A stretch of DNA of 64,000 nt from Thermodesulfobacteriota bacterium (GTDB lineage Bacteria > Desulfobacterota > Desulfobacteria > Desulfobacterales > C00003060), in the NCBI GenBank assembly GCA_034189385.1, contig JAXHVD010000003.1, forward strand, positions 32,001 through 96,000. The letters are read 5' to 3'. The notes below the pieces were generated by a model. That model made no database searches, had not been told where the DNA came from, and saw only the letters and a list, made by a program, of their open reading frames with translations. This document shows, one piece after another, positions 1-9,689 of the stretch (the stretch's first letter is position 1; every line of letters begins with the position of its first letter). The translations under genes and the position numbers were made by a program.

Positions 1-951
1 CTCAACAAACTCGCCTTTCTCCTTTACCAAGGGCCTCGTCACAGGGCCTGCCCCCACTTCTACATGGGCACCCTTCACTGTTATTCCAAGGGGATCATAG
101 GTGCGGACGAAAGGAGAGGTGAGCCGATCTGGGCTATGAACGAATTGATAGCCAAAGCGCCCCCTAACACAAAGCTCTCCTTGATTCACAGGGTTACTAT
201 AATCGCCTCTGGCTTTCACCACAGTGTTGCCACGGACGCCCAGATAAAGCCCGCAGCCGACACCGCAGTAAGGACAGATGGTTTTCACCTCCCGACTGGG
301 ATACTGGATATTCTTGGGGATTAGAGCCCCTACTGGACAGCGCTCTACGCATTCCCCACAAGAAACACACACCGATTCTCGAAACGGTTTGTCGCCAAAG
401 GTGGCGACCTTCAGGTCGTAGCCGCGATAGGCCATGTCAATGGCATCAACGCCGACGATTTCCCGGCACGTTCGGATGCATATGCCACAATGGATACACT
501 TGTTTGCATTAAAATCAAAAAACGGATTGCTGGTATCAACAGGAAGCTCCTTGGCTACTCTCTTCAACCGGTTGAGCCGCCTCTCGTCGTAGCCGATGCG
601 GTTCACAAGAGCCTGCAAACGGCAAGTACCGCTCTTTGGACAAAGCAGGCAGTTGAAATCATGGTCACTCAAGATGAGTTCAAGGGTCACACGGCGAACC
701 CTTTCGATCTCCTCATCGTCTGTGATGACCACCATGCCCTCTTCAACGGGTGTGCGGCAGGCAGGATGGAGTTTTTTCTTCTTCTCAATCTTTACCAGGC
801 ATATACGGCAAACCCCCTCAGAGGTGAGCCCAGGACAATAACACAAGGTAGGGATAAAAATCCCAGCACTTCGGGCCGCCTCCAGGATGGTCATCTCCCT
901 TCTGGCCTTTAAGTGAATCCCGTCTATTTTCAGATTGACCTCGCCGCTCAT
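1..951 (-). CDS. fdhA: Formate dehydrogenase alpha subunit, N-terminal part (NuoG-like Fe-S domains plus start of molybdopterin-oxidoreductase domain); runs off the window edge
   Basis: Not in the ORF track (no stop in window). Manual translation from ATG 951: MSGEVNLKIDG...IPTLC...CRIC...PAC; HxxxCxxCxxxxxC; two CxxCxxCxxxC motifs; TICPYCGVGC...LCVRGRFG. Confidence 0.88.
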   Translation of the reverse strand, partial: MSGEVNLKIDGIHLKARREMTILEAARSAGIFIPTLCYCPGLTSEGVCRICLVKIEKKKKLHPACRTPVEEGMVVITDDEEIERVRRVTLELILSDHDFNCLLCPKSGTCRLQALVNRIGYDERRLNRLKRVAKELPVDTSNPFFDFNANKCIHCGICIRTCREIVGVDAIDMAYRGYDLKVATFGDKPFRESVCVSCGECVERCPVGALIPKNIQYPSREVKTICPYCGVGCGLYLGVRGNTVVKARGDYSNPVNQGELCVRGRFGYQFVHSPDRLTSPFVRTYDPLGITVKGAHVEVGAGPVTRPLVKEKGEFVE

Positions 952-1055
952 GGCTTGCCACTTACCTGCTCATCGTTACTTGTTACTCGTCACTGGATGG
1001 TGGTACTCTCACACGCCCGAAATCATTATTCAGCGAAACCGGAACGTGTTGTAAA

Positions 1056-2960
1056 TCACATGGTCAGGCCCGAGATACATTCCACAGCGTTAAACTTTGT
1101 GGGACAGGCCTCCATGCATGAGCCACACTTGATGCACTTGCTCTGATCGATCTCATGAACCTGCCTTTTCCCGCCTATAATGGCGTCAACGGGACAGGCC
1201 TTCAGGCAGAGCATACATGCCTTACACCGATATTCTTTTATACGGTAAGAGATCAGAGACCTGCACACAAGGGCCCGGCACCGTTTGTCACGGATGTGCT
1301 CTTCATACTCGTCTCGGAAGTACCGAATGGTGGAGATGACAGGATTCGGCACCGTTTGTCCCAGACCACATATAGACCCAGCCTTCACAGCCTCGGCCAA
1401 TTCTAAAAGGACAGCAATGTCATCGGGCCGGCCCTCTCCTCTCGTGATATCCCTGAGAAGTTGAAACATCTGTCTGGTGCCGAGCTTGCATAAGGTGCAC
1501 TGGCCACAGGACTCGTTTTGGGCAAAATCGAGAAAATAGCGGGCCATGTTCACCATGCAGGTGCGCTCATCCATGACCAGCATGCCGCCCGAACCCATGA
1601 TGGAGCCCACTTCGGCCAATGACTCATAGTCCACGGGAAGATCCAGAAGGCTTTCAGGGATGCAACCTCCAGAAGGCCCACCAGTTTGGACAGCCTTGAA
1701 TTGTCTGTCTCCCCTAATGCCTCCGCCGATGTCGAAGATAATTTCCCTGAGGGTCGTCCCCATGGGCACCTCAACAAGGCCCGTATTCTTCACATTTCCA
1801 GACAGGGCAAATACTTTGGTCCCCTTGCTCTTCTCCGTGCCCATACTGGCAAACCAGTCCGCTCCCTTAGAGACAATGGCCGGGACGCAGGCAAAGGTCT
1901 CCACGTTATTCAAAACGGTGGGCATGCCCCATAGCCCCACTATGCTGGTGTTGGGTCGAGGCAGTGGCTTTGGAAACCCGCGTTTTCCCTCTATTGACAT
2001 CACCAGGGCAGTGGATTCCCCGCATACAAAAGCCCCTGCACCCTTAACGATCTCAATCTCAAACCCAAAACTGCTTCCCATGATCTGGGGACCCAGGAGT
2101 CCCAGGTCTGTAGCCTGAGCAATGGCCGTCGTCAGATGCCGCACAGCAAGAGGATACTCTGAGCGCACATAGATGATCCCTTTGTGGGCGCCCACGGCGT
2201 ACCCGGCAATGATCATCCCTTCCAGCACACTGTGGGGGTCGCCCTCCATGACGCTACGGTCCATGAAGGCGCCGGGGTCCCCTTCGTCACCATTGCAGAT
2301 GATATACTTTTCCTCACCCGGTGCATTTCGAGACGACTCCCACTTGCGCCCTGTGGGGAAACCTGCGCCGCCCCTTCCGCGAAGGCCGGAGTCCTTCACG
2401 CAGGCAATCACTTCGTCCGGTTGCCACCTAGCCAGGACCATGCCGGCAGCCCCGTAGCCACCTATTCTGATGTAGTCCCCAATGTCATTGGGGTCTATCA
2501 CACCGCAATTTCTCAGCACCACCTTGATTTGCTTCTGGTAAAAAGGAATTTCGTCTATGTGGCGGTGCTTCTGGCCTGTCTGGGGGTCTTCATATAGCAG
2601 CCTTTCAACACATCGCTTCTTAATGAGCGTTTCTTCCACGATCTCGGGCACATCGTCTGGTGTCACACTGTGATAGAATATGTTTTGGGGTCGTACGGTA
2701 ACAATGGGCCCTTTCTCACAAAGCCCCTGGCACCCTGTTCTTTTTACAATGATGTTCTCTTCGTTTTCCTGGGTCTTGATTTCTCTGAGGAAGGCTTCGT
2801 GGATCTGCTGGCCGCCCGATACACCACAGCCCGGCACGCCGCAAATAGTCACATAAACAGGGTCCAGCCCTTCGCTGGTGATGAGAGATTCCCTGAGGCT
2901 GTCCAAGTCATCAAGACTTGTTATGGGGGGCAAGGTGTGTTGTCTATCGGGAGTTGTCAT
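1056..2960 (-). CDS. NuoF/HydB/HylB-like NADH- and FMN-binding subunit with N-terminal [2Fe-2S] and C-terminal 2[4Fe-4S] domains
   Basis: GLRGRGGAGFPTG, CNGDEGDPGAFMDR, GAFVCGE, GGPSGG, ESCGQCTLC, two C-terminal ferredoxin motifs. Confidence 0.95.
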   Translation of the reverse strand: MTTPDRQHTLPPITSLDDLDSLRESLITSEGLDPVYVTICGVPGCGVSGGQQIHEAFLREIKTQENEENIIVKRTGCQGLCEKGPIVTVRPQNIFYHSVTPDDVPEIVEETLIKKRCVERLLYEDPQTGQKHRHIDEIPFYQKQIKVVLRNCGVIDPNDIGDYIRIGGYGAAGMVLARWQPDEVIACVKDSGLRGRGGAGFPTGRKWESSRNAPGEEKYIICNGDEGDPGAFMDRSVMEGDPHSVLEGMIIAGYAVGAHKGIIYVRSEYPLAVRHLTTAIAQATDLGLLGPQIMGSSFGFEIEIVKGAGAFVCGESTALVMSIEGKRGFPKPLPRPNTSIVGLWGMPTVLNNVETFACVPAIVSKGADWFASMGTEKSKGTKVFALSGNVKNTGLVEVPMGTTLREIIFDIGGGIRGDRQFKAVQTGGPSGGCIPESLLDLPVDYESLAEVGSIMGSGGMLVMDERTCMVNMARYFLDFAQNESCGQCTLCKLGTRQMFQLLRDITRGEGRPDDIAVLLELAEAVKAGSICGLGQTVPNPVISTIRYFRDEYEEHIRDKRCRALVCRSLISYRIKEYRCKACMLCLKACPVDAIIGGKRQVHEIDQSKCIKCGSCMEACPTKFNAVECISGLTM

Positions 2961-3469
2961 TTCTGCCCTTTTCCCCGCTCTGGCCTGGAGGTTCTTTGCC
3001 CAGCTTTGTCGCTATCTTCCTTGTCTCGGCTCAGGAGTTCATTCATCTTAAAAGCCGTCATCTTAGGATATACTTCATCATCTATCATAACCACAGGCGC
3101 CATGGCACAAGAGCCGACACAAGCAACGCGCTCAAGGCTATATTCATAGTCTCTTGTAGTCTGCCCCGTCTTTATGCCCAATCGATACTGGGCTGTTTCC
3201 AAGATGTCACTGGCACCGCGGACATGGCAGGCGGATCCTTGGCAAACTTTTACAAGGTGATCACCTCGCCGCGTGAGATAAAAGTGCGCGTAGAAAGTAG
3301 CCACACTGAAAACCTGGCTTCTGGGTAGCCTCAGGAAGGTGGCGATTTCCTTTAGCGTCTCTTCGGGCAAATAGCCGAATTCCTCTTGCACCCTTTGCAG
3401 TATGGGAACCAATGCCCCCCTTTTCCCTTCAAAGACCGCCAAAATTTTCCGCAACCGTGCCTCGATCAT
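2957..3469 (-). CDS. NuoE/HydC-like [2Fe-2S] subunit
   Basis: LQRVQEEFGYLP, VATFY, CQGSAC, CVGSC-AMAP; 4-nt overlap with the NuoF-like gene. Confidence 0.95.
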   Translation of the reverse strand: MIEARLRKILAVFEGKRGALVPILQRVQEEFGYLPEETLKEIATFLRLPRSQVFSVATFYAHFYLTRRGDHLVKVCQGSACHVRGASDILETAQYRLGIKTGQTTRDYEYSLERVACVGSCAMAPVVMIDDEVYPKMTAFKMNELLSRDKEDSDKAGQRTSRPERGKGQK

Positions 3470-3477
3470 GAAATACC

Positions 3478-4488
3478 CTACCGCTTTCCCTGGACAAATT
3501 GCTCGGCCAGCTCCACATCAGCAGCACTGCCAATGAAGACCGGCACCCGCTGGTGGAGATGCTCAGGTTCTATATCCAATATCCGTTCCCGCCCCGTACT
3601 GGCAGCACCCCCAGCTTGCTCCGCCACAAAGGCAAGGGGGTTGGCCTCGCACATCAGCATCAGTTTGCCGTGCGGTTTCTTGGAATCTCTGCAATCGGCA
3701 GGATACATGTGTATCCCCCCTTTGAGGAGATTACGATGGAAATCTGCCACAAGAGAGCCAGAGTAACGTTGCACATAGGGCCGATCAGTCTTGATATCAG
3801 GGGTCTTGAAGTACTCCACCACATTCTGGACGTTCTCATCCCAGAAGTAGTAATTGCCTTCATTCACGCTGTAAACCCTTCCCTTTTCCGGTATCACGAT
3901 GTTCTCGTGTGAGAGAAAAAACTCGCCTATCCTCGGCTCTAGAGTAAAGCCGTAGACGCCATTGCCGGCCGTGTAGACCATCATCGTGCTTGAGCCGTAA
4001 ATGAAATAGCCCGCAGCCACCTGTCTATGGCCAGGCTGGAGGACATCTGCCGTGAGGCCCATTTCCCCTGCGCTCTCTTTTCTGAGAATGGAGAAAACAG
4101 TGCCTGCCGCCGTATTGACATCAATGTCTGTAATGCCCCCAAGGGGTTCGAAGACCAGGATGTACGGCCCTCTTGAATACTTGGCTGCAATGGGCAGGAC
4201 GTCCGTCTCCCTTTTGGAAGCCATGCAATACAAATGGCCTGTATGACGAACGCGGTTGATGATGGCAGCATGGGCAAACTGCACCAATCTCTGGAAATGC
4301 TCTTCGTCCCCACTGTCCGTGTCAACAAAGCCGAGATCCTCTGTAAGGTTTGCCTTGTTGACCTTCTGGTCAATGATCTTGGCTGCCACCGTCAGCTCCG
4401 CTAGCAAAGCTGTAAAGGCGCCGACAGCCTCTGGGCTCTCCCTTTGCTTGACCAAGAGATGTTCTGTCACAGTAATCCCTTTGGGCAT
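3478..4488 (-). CDS. fbp: Class I fructose-1,6-bisphosphatase homologue, predicted catalytically inactive
   Basis: QVAAGY..YGSSTM, YSVNEGN, RYSGSLVADFHRNLLKGG, EANPLAF..EQAGG conserved, metal-binding motifs altered; start moved to ATG 4488 behind a GAGGAG RBS. Confidence 0.88.
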   Translation of the reverse strand: MPKGITVTEHLLVKQRESPEAVGAFTALLAELTVAAKIIDQKVNKANLTEDLGFVDTDSGDEEHFQRLVQFAHAAIINRVRHTGHLYCMASKRETDVLPIAAKYSRGPYILVFEPLGGITDIDVNTAAGTVFSILRKESAGEMGLTADVLQPGHRQVAAGYFIYGSSTMMVYTAGNGVYGFTLEPRIGEFFLSHENIVIPEKGRVYSVNEGNYYFWDENVQNVVEYFKTPDIKTDRPYVQRYSGSLVADFHRNLLKGGIHMYPADCRDSKKPHGKLMLMCEANPLAFVAEQAGGAASTGRERILDIEPEHLHQRVPVFIGSAADVELAEQFVQGKR

Positions 4489-4549
4489 TTTCTGCTCCTC
4501 TTTTGTCTGGTTATCTTTCAGGACTGGGGCGAATACACAAAATCTGTGC

Positions 4550-5458
4550 TCAGGCACCAGGATACTGAACCGACTGCAAATGGGGCTCCGCTGCCAGAAA
4601 ATCCTGCACCCCCGAAATATCTATCTCATTATTGCCAAGGCCCAGGATCTCTTCGTCTAAGCCCATACTCAGTCCCAGGAGTTGAGGGTAGAGGATGGAT
4701 GGCACGTGGTGGTTTGTGCCCCCATTTGTTACCATCTCCTTCTGGATGGTCTCAAACTGCAACTGGCAAAACACGCACCCCGTTGTCAGATAGTGGGCAC
4801 CTGCACTTTTGGCATCTGTCAGTTTCTTTTCGGTAAAATCCAAAGAAAGGGCGTCGTTGGTCCCCAACAATGGGGCGCCACAGCACTCCAGCTTGGTGGA
4901 CCAGTCCACGCTCTCTGCCCCCGTCAGTTCCACCAGTTGATCAAACAAGGAGGGGGCCACGGGGTCGTCAAATTGAACGATCGGACTGGGCCGCAAGGCG
5001 TGACAGCCGTAATGGGTGGCAATCTTCAGGTCCTCGTAAGGCCTTAAGACTTTCTCCTTGATGGCATCAGTGCCCACATCGTGAAAAAGAACGCTGAGAA
5101 GATGCCTTACCTGAACCTTCGCCTCATATTTCAGACCTTCTTTGGCAAGGATTCTATTGACCTCCTCTCGCAACTGCCGGTCTTCTTTCATGAGATACTC
5201 GGCCATGCGGAATGTGCCGTAGCCGCACTTGCACAAAACGACCAGGTTTAGGTTCTCCCTTTCAGACAGGGCCAAATTCCTGGCCGAGGAGAGCACAAAG
5301 GCCTTTAGGTCGATGTTTCTCAATGGATACCCGCAACAGTTAAACTCTGCGATGTCCACCAGCGTCACACCAAGTTTTTCAAGCACCGCCCTTGAGGCTG
5401 TTTCATATTGCCTGAGTCGGATGGGAATGTTGCATCCAAGGAATATGGCAAGCTTCAT
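4550..5458 (-). CDS. hdrB: Heterodisulfide reductase subunit B-like protein (two CCG domains)
   Basis: FLGCNIP, FNCCG, HYGCHALRP, ECCGAP, GCVFCQLQF. Confidence 0.93.
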   Translation of the reverse strand: MKLAIFLGCNIPIRLRQYETASRAVLEKLGVTLVDIAEFNCCGYPLRNIDLKAFVLSSARNLALSERENLNLVVLCKCGYGTFRMAEYLMKEDRQLREEVNRILAKEGLKYEAKVQVRHLLSVLFHDVGTDAIKEKVLRPYEDLKIATHYGCHALRPSPIVQFDDPVAPSLFDQLVELTGAESVDWSTKLECCGAPLLGTNDALSLDFTEKKLTDAKSAGAHYLTTGCVFCQLQFETIQKEMVTNGGTNHHVPSILYPQLLGLSMGLDEEILGLGNNEIDISGVQDFLAAEPHLQSVQYPGA

Positions 5459-5477
5459 GGGCTTCTCCCCTTATCTC

Positions 5478-7163
5478 CTATGCAGCCTTACTTTTGATCT
5501 GTTTCAAGGCCAGGTTCTTGAGTTCATAGAGCACGTCCGTAACGCGCACGCCCTGTGGGCAGTGTTCCTGACACATGTAACATGTCACACAGTCCCAAAG
5601 CATGTTGGAGCCAATAGCCAGATCCTTTTGTTTCAAAGCAAGGCAGTGCATAATCTCGTGAGGAAGGAGTCCCAGCACAGCCTTTGGATCTTCATAGTTT
5701 CCAACAACAGGACAAACGTTTGTACAGGTCTGACAGCCGAAGCAATAGGAAAAGGTACTTGCTTGACCAGAAATCTCAAGGGCACTGGCAAAGGCCTTGT
5801 CCACAGGGGTCAGGGAGATTGGTTTCTCCTTGAGATGCGCCAAATCGAATTGAGCCCCCATCGTCTCTCTGGCCCAGGCCTCGGGTTTGGGATAGCCTCT
5901 TTGAGCTAACCGCTCATTTAGTTCTGACCAGGCCTTTTCCAGGTTGATGCCTATGGGACAGACATCGGTACAGCGATGGCAATCGGTGCAGATATGGCTT
6001 CCTTCCTGAATCCTGGTAAGCCTTTTCTTGCTTAGCCAATTTCCCGCAAGAAGGGCCCTCAACGCGGCCAGTTTTTCAGAGGGCAGGATGTTGGGATTGG
6101 GAATCTCGTCAAAGGCCACTGCCACAGAACAGCGTAGGGTACAATCCCCACAGTGCGTGCAAGCATCGATCTGCAGGGCCTGTCTGGTTGCCATATTCGC
6201 AGGATCGGATTTCGCCTCATCCATGACACTATCTGCCAGAAAGTACACAGGGGTTGAGAAAATGTGGAAAAACTTGCTAAAGGGAAGGTAGGCCAAACCG
6301 ATGAAGCAAGCCAGAAAATGAAGATACCATAGCCCTGTGTAAACCTTTGCCCGGTCCGTCAACAGGGCCACGGGCTTCAGTGCCCTCGAGGCGGAATAGC
6401 TCATAAATGCCCATTGGGGCCTGGAATGGCAGCTTGCACAGCTCATTTCATGCAGTTCTTGGCCTTGGTCCAGTGTTTCTTTGTCAAAGGGCCCTTTCAC
6501 ATTAGGAGACACCACACCGAAGCTTTGCACCCAGTAAGCTTCAAGGGCCTTGCTTTCTTCCGCCTCTTCTTCTCCAAGGCCAGCATACTCATCCACCATC
6601 TCTTTATATATTGAATGAGATAGGATCTTTGTCGCTTCTAAGAAAAAACCGGATATCATGATGACGCCCAACACGGCGATGGCATAGACATCCATAGACG
6701 CATTTTTCGGTCGAGGCTTTTTCAAAAAGAACCTACGATAAACGGCCATCCCGAGCCCCACAAGCACGACCAGACCAAAAAAGTCTCGCAAAAACATGAA
6801 AGGATTGAGTGTAGAGTAATATTCATCAAAGACAACAGCAGTGACCACTTTGTCGAGTCCATGCATCAGTAAAAGAAACATGAAACCGCCATATATACAT
6901 ATATGGGCAAGCCAGCGGATGAAGTCCTTCTTCAACAACCAGACCTGAAAGAGCACATCCCAAAAAAGGACCTTCACCACTGTGCCAATCCTGGGACTGC
7001 ATAGGCTTGAGAGGATACCCCTAGCTGCTGCCCACACCCTGGCCAAGCTGGAAATCTCCGAAGCCTCAGGGCCGACTTTCCATCTAAACCAGTTTGATAC
7101 CCTGTAGACCAAGCCGACTGCGAAAACAGCCAAAGAGGTGTATAGGGCAACGTCATAAAACAT
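5478..7163 (-). CDS. Membrane NarI-like cytochrome b domain with an inserted CxxCH motif, fused to two HdrC-like 4Fe-4S dicluster domains
   Basis: About 5 hydrophobic helices; His pairs AHICIYGGFMFLLLMH and LHFL...KFFH; CASCH; CTHCGDC, CTDCHRC, CFGCQTC, WDCVTCYMCQEHCPQGV. Confidence 0.88.
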   Translation of the reverse strand: MFYDVALYTSLAVFAVGLVYRVSNWFRWKVGPEASEISSLARVWAAARGILSSLCSPRIGTVVKVLFWDVLFQVWLLKKDFIRWLAHICIYGGFMFLLLMHGLDKVVTAVVFDEYYSTLNPFMFLRDFFGLVVLVGLGMAVYRRFFLKKPRPKNASMDVYAIAVLGVIMISGFFLEATKILSHSIYKEMVDEYAGLGEEEAEESKALEAYWVQSFGVVSPNVKGPFDKETLDQGQELHEMSCASCHSRPQWAFMSYSASRALKPVALLTDRAKVYTGLWYLHFLACFIGLAYLPFSKFFHIFSTPVYFLADSVMDEAKSDPANMATRQALQIDACTHCGDCTLRCSVAVAFDEIPNPNILPSEKLAALRALLAGNWLSKKRLTRIQEGSHICTDCHRCTDVCPIGINLEKAWSELNERLAQRGYPKPEAWARETMGAQFDLAHLKEKPISLTPVDKAFASALEISGQASTFSYCFGCQTCTNVCPVVGNYEDPKAVLGLLPHEIMHCLALKQKDLAIGSNMLWDCVTCYMCQEHCPQGVRVTDVLYELKNLALKQIKSKAA

Positions 7164-7281
7164 TTCTTCTTTTCCTATAGATTGACTTCTTGACTAAGCC
7201 AAACCGCGACTTCTGAGTTCCCCGTTCCACGTGGACAGTTCGACGGATGTGAACGCTTGGTTCCTCACACGAAAGGCAGCC

Positions 7282-8181
7282 CTATAATTCCAGCCACGAA
7301 TCCGAATAGAGGGAATGCCCTAGGAGTACCTTTGCCGTCTTTACGTAATCCAACTCCGCCCTTCCAAGGGTTTCCATGTTGACATCCTTTCCCTCTACCA
7401 CAGATGTGACCAGAGAGGCGATATCCGATCTGTTACCCCGGGCAATGTCATGGAGATCCTTGTCAAAGGCATCCACAATACACGATTTCATGCCAAAGGC
7501 GTCCAGCATGATCATGTACGTCTGGTTCAAGATGGGGCGAAGGTGTTCCGGCGCCCCGTTAGAGACGTTAGATAGCCCGCACGTGGACCTGCAACCAGGG
7601 ACCAGAATTTCTGCTATCATATCCAGCTCCGACATGAATTGATTGCATTCCAGTAACTGGTTTTGCTGAACATTTACGGGCGTAATGATAGGATCGACCC
7701 AAATATCTTCTCCTGCCACCCCGGCCTCTGCCGCCCTTTGGAGGATGTCGGCGGCCAGCAGCCCCCGCTCAGCTGCATCCCGAGGCATTCCTTCAGGCCC
7801 CCAGAGTAGGGCAACCATGCCTGCATCGTACTGCGTCACCAAGGGGATCTGTCCCTCCATCCTCTCGGGACGGCACATGATAGAATTGATGACCGCCTTG
7901 CCCCCTTTATTATTGTACACCTTGAGGCCGGCCTCAATGGCGTTGACGTTGGTGGTGTCGAGATAAAGAGGAAGATCGACCACTTCCTGGACGGTCTTCA
8001 CCATCCATTCCATCAATTCCTCGCCCCCTTTTCTGGCAGGACCCAGATTCACATCTATGTAATCGACGCCGGCTTCGGCCTCGGCTTCAGCCAGTTCCTG
8101 GATCGGTTTCTGGTCCCGGTCCTTCATGGCCTGGCCGATCCTCTTCACCATGATATTCAGATTTTCGCCTATCAGAATCAT
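7282..8181 (-). CDS. acsE: Methyltetrahydrofolate:corrinoid Fe-S protein methyltransferase
   Basis: MILIGENLN start, YIDVNLG, LYLDTTN, INS, GLSNVS pterin-binding barrel; acs context. Confidence 0.92.
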   Translation of the reverse strand: MILIGENLNIMVKRIGQAMKDRDQKPIQELAEAEAEAGVDYIDVNLGPARKGGEELMEWMVKTVQEVVDLPLYLDTTNVNAIEAGLKVYNNKGGKAVINSIMCRPERMEGQIPLVTQYDAGMVALLWGPEGMPRDAAERGLLAADILQRAAEAGVAGEDIWVDPIITPVNVQQNQLLECNQFMSELDMIAEILVPGCRSTCGLSNVSNGAPEHLRPILNQTYMIMLDAFGMKSCIVDAFDKDLHDIARGNRSDIASLVTSVVEGKDVNMETLGRAELDYVKTAKVLLGHSLYSDSWLEL

Positions 8182-8199
8182 GCCCCCCCCCTATTAGAT

Positions 8200-8306
8200 A
8201 AGTGCCTAACGTGAAATAAGATGTGCTAAAGTGTCTAAAGTTACAGGTCTCGCAGAGCCTTTACTGCGACCGCAACTTTAGCTCACTCTAGACATTTTAG
8301 GCACTT
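8200..8306. repeat. Intergenic palindromic element built from degenerate 9-10-mers (AGTGCCTAA / AGTGAGCTAA), copy 1
   Basis: Left arm AAGTGCCTAACGTGAAATAAGATGTGCTAAAGTGTCTAAAGTT; right arm AACTTTAGCTCACTCTAGACATTTTAGGCACTT is its approximate reverse complement. Confidence 0.75.
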
Positions 8307-8318
8307 CTGCTCACTCTC

Positions 8319-9668
8319 CTATGCCTTCCATTCCTTGAGATAGGCCGGGATATGCGCCGATTCCCTTGGTCCAACCAGGACTTCCCAGTCGCTCCCCAGC
8401 TCCTCTTCAAGATCCCCTAATATGGCTGCAGCATAGCCGGGTATGACTACCTTTCTGTGGTTGATCTTATCTCCAATGCCGCACTTCTTGATCGCCATGC
8501 CCACCACGTCTCCTACAAACTTACCAGCAGCCCAAGCCGTAAGGACAGACAGACCTTCGGTGTCCACAATAATCAACCAAGCCGGCACGCGACTGGTTTC
8601 AATCTCCCCGGACACGATAAAGTAGGTCAGAGAAAAATTGGACGTTACCAAGACAGGCGAGTTTTCCGTGGGCCCCCCGATTTCATAGATGCCTGGCGAC
8701 GTGGCCATGGGGCGCTGGGGATCTGTGTAAATGTTCATGCGGGCCAGCAGAAGGGGAAACAGGCTGTGTCCCTGTAAGTCTGAAAGCAAGACAATACCGC
8801 CGTACTTGGCTATACACATAGATGCCAGCAATGTCTCTTTCATGAGATCATCGGTCATCTCACAAGGCAGGCAAATGGTGGGAAAACCAAGGGCCTTGTT
8901 CTTCTTTAAGAGGGCTGCCCGGCGGATGAATATCTGATCTTCAAAGACCTTTCTTGGAGCCCTGGCCCCAGAGTCGATCACCAGATCGTTTAACCCGGCG
9001 GCTGTCAGTCTTGTGGTCAGCTCTGAGACGTCGTCAAGGCCATCTCCCTTGACCGTTAATGCACAGCCATGTTCTTTGGCAACTCCTGACATAGCGTCGG
9101 CATTCTCCTTGGTGGCCGCATACATGAGAGGTTTACAGTCCCCACAGGCTTTCAAGCCCGCCTCCATGACAGTGGCGTCTTCGGTCATGAGGATGATGCC
9201 CCCCTCTGTCTCGTTTTTTACTCTTGTGGCCAGTGCCGCGAACTTGCCAGCATCGCCTGATAGGGATTTCACGGCAACAAGGTCTGCCTTCAAGGTAAGG
9301 CCCACCCGCTCATATTCCAGGGTCTTGAATCGCTCAAGACGCCCGGCCACGTCATCATCAGCCATCTCATCTGTGACAACGACGCCTATGCCAGTTGGAT
9401 GCAAGAAGGTCTTTTCGTGGCGGAAAAGCACTGTTTCGCCGCCCATCTTAAATTTTCGTTCTCCCGTACCGATCTCAACGATCCTGATGGGTGGGGCCGA
9501 GGCATCAGCCAGCTCTGCCTTGGATTCTTCTGTGACATAAGGGCAGGCCGCCAGTTCCGCCTTGCCTGCTGCTAGGTTCATTGCAAATGCCAGACAGGTG
9601 GGCACTCCGCACTCCCCACAATTCGTCTTAGGTAGGAGTTTGTAAATCTGAATTCCCGTCAACGCCAT
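8319..9668 (-). CDS. acsC: Corrinoid Fe-S protein large subunit (CODH/ACS gamma)
   Basis: LPKTNCGECGVPTCLAFA..ACP, IYTDPQRP, TSNFSLTYF, SVLTAWAAGKF. Confidence 0.97.
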   Translation of the reverse strand: MALTGIQIYKLLPKTNCGECGVPTCLAFAMNLAAGKAELAACPYVTEESKAELADASAPPIRIVEIGTGERKFKMGGETVLFRHEKTFLHPTGIGVVVTDEMADDDVAGRLERFKTLEYERVGLTLKADLVAVKSLSGDAGKFAALATRVKNETEGGIILMTEDATVMEAGLKACGDCKPLMYAATKENADAMSGVAKEHGCALTVKGDGLDDVSELTTRLTAAGLNDLVIDSGARAPRKVFEDQIFIRRAALLKKNKALGFPTICLPCEMTDDLMKETLLASMCIAKYGGIVLLSDLQGHSLFPLLLARMNIYTDPQRPMATSPGIYEIGGPTENSPVLVTSNFSLTYFIVSGEIETSRVPAWLIIVDTEGLSVLTAWAAGKFVGDVVGMAIKKCGIGDKINHRKVVIPGYAAAILGDLEEELGSDWEVLVGPRESAHIPAYLKEWKA

Positions 9669-9689
9669 ATCATCCCTCCGTTGTTGAAG

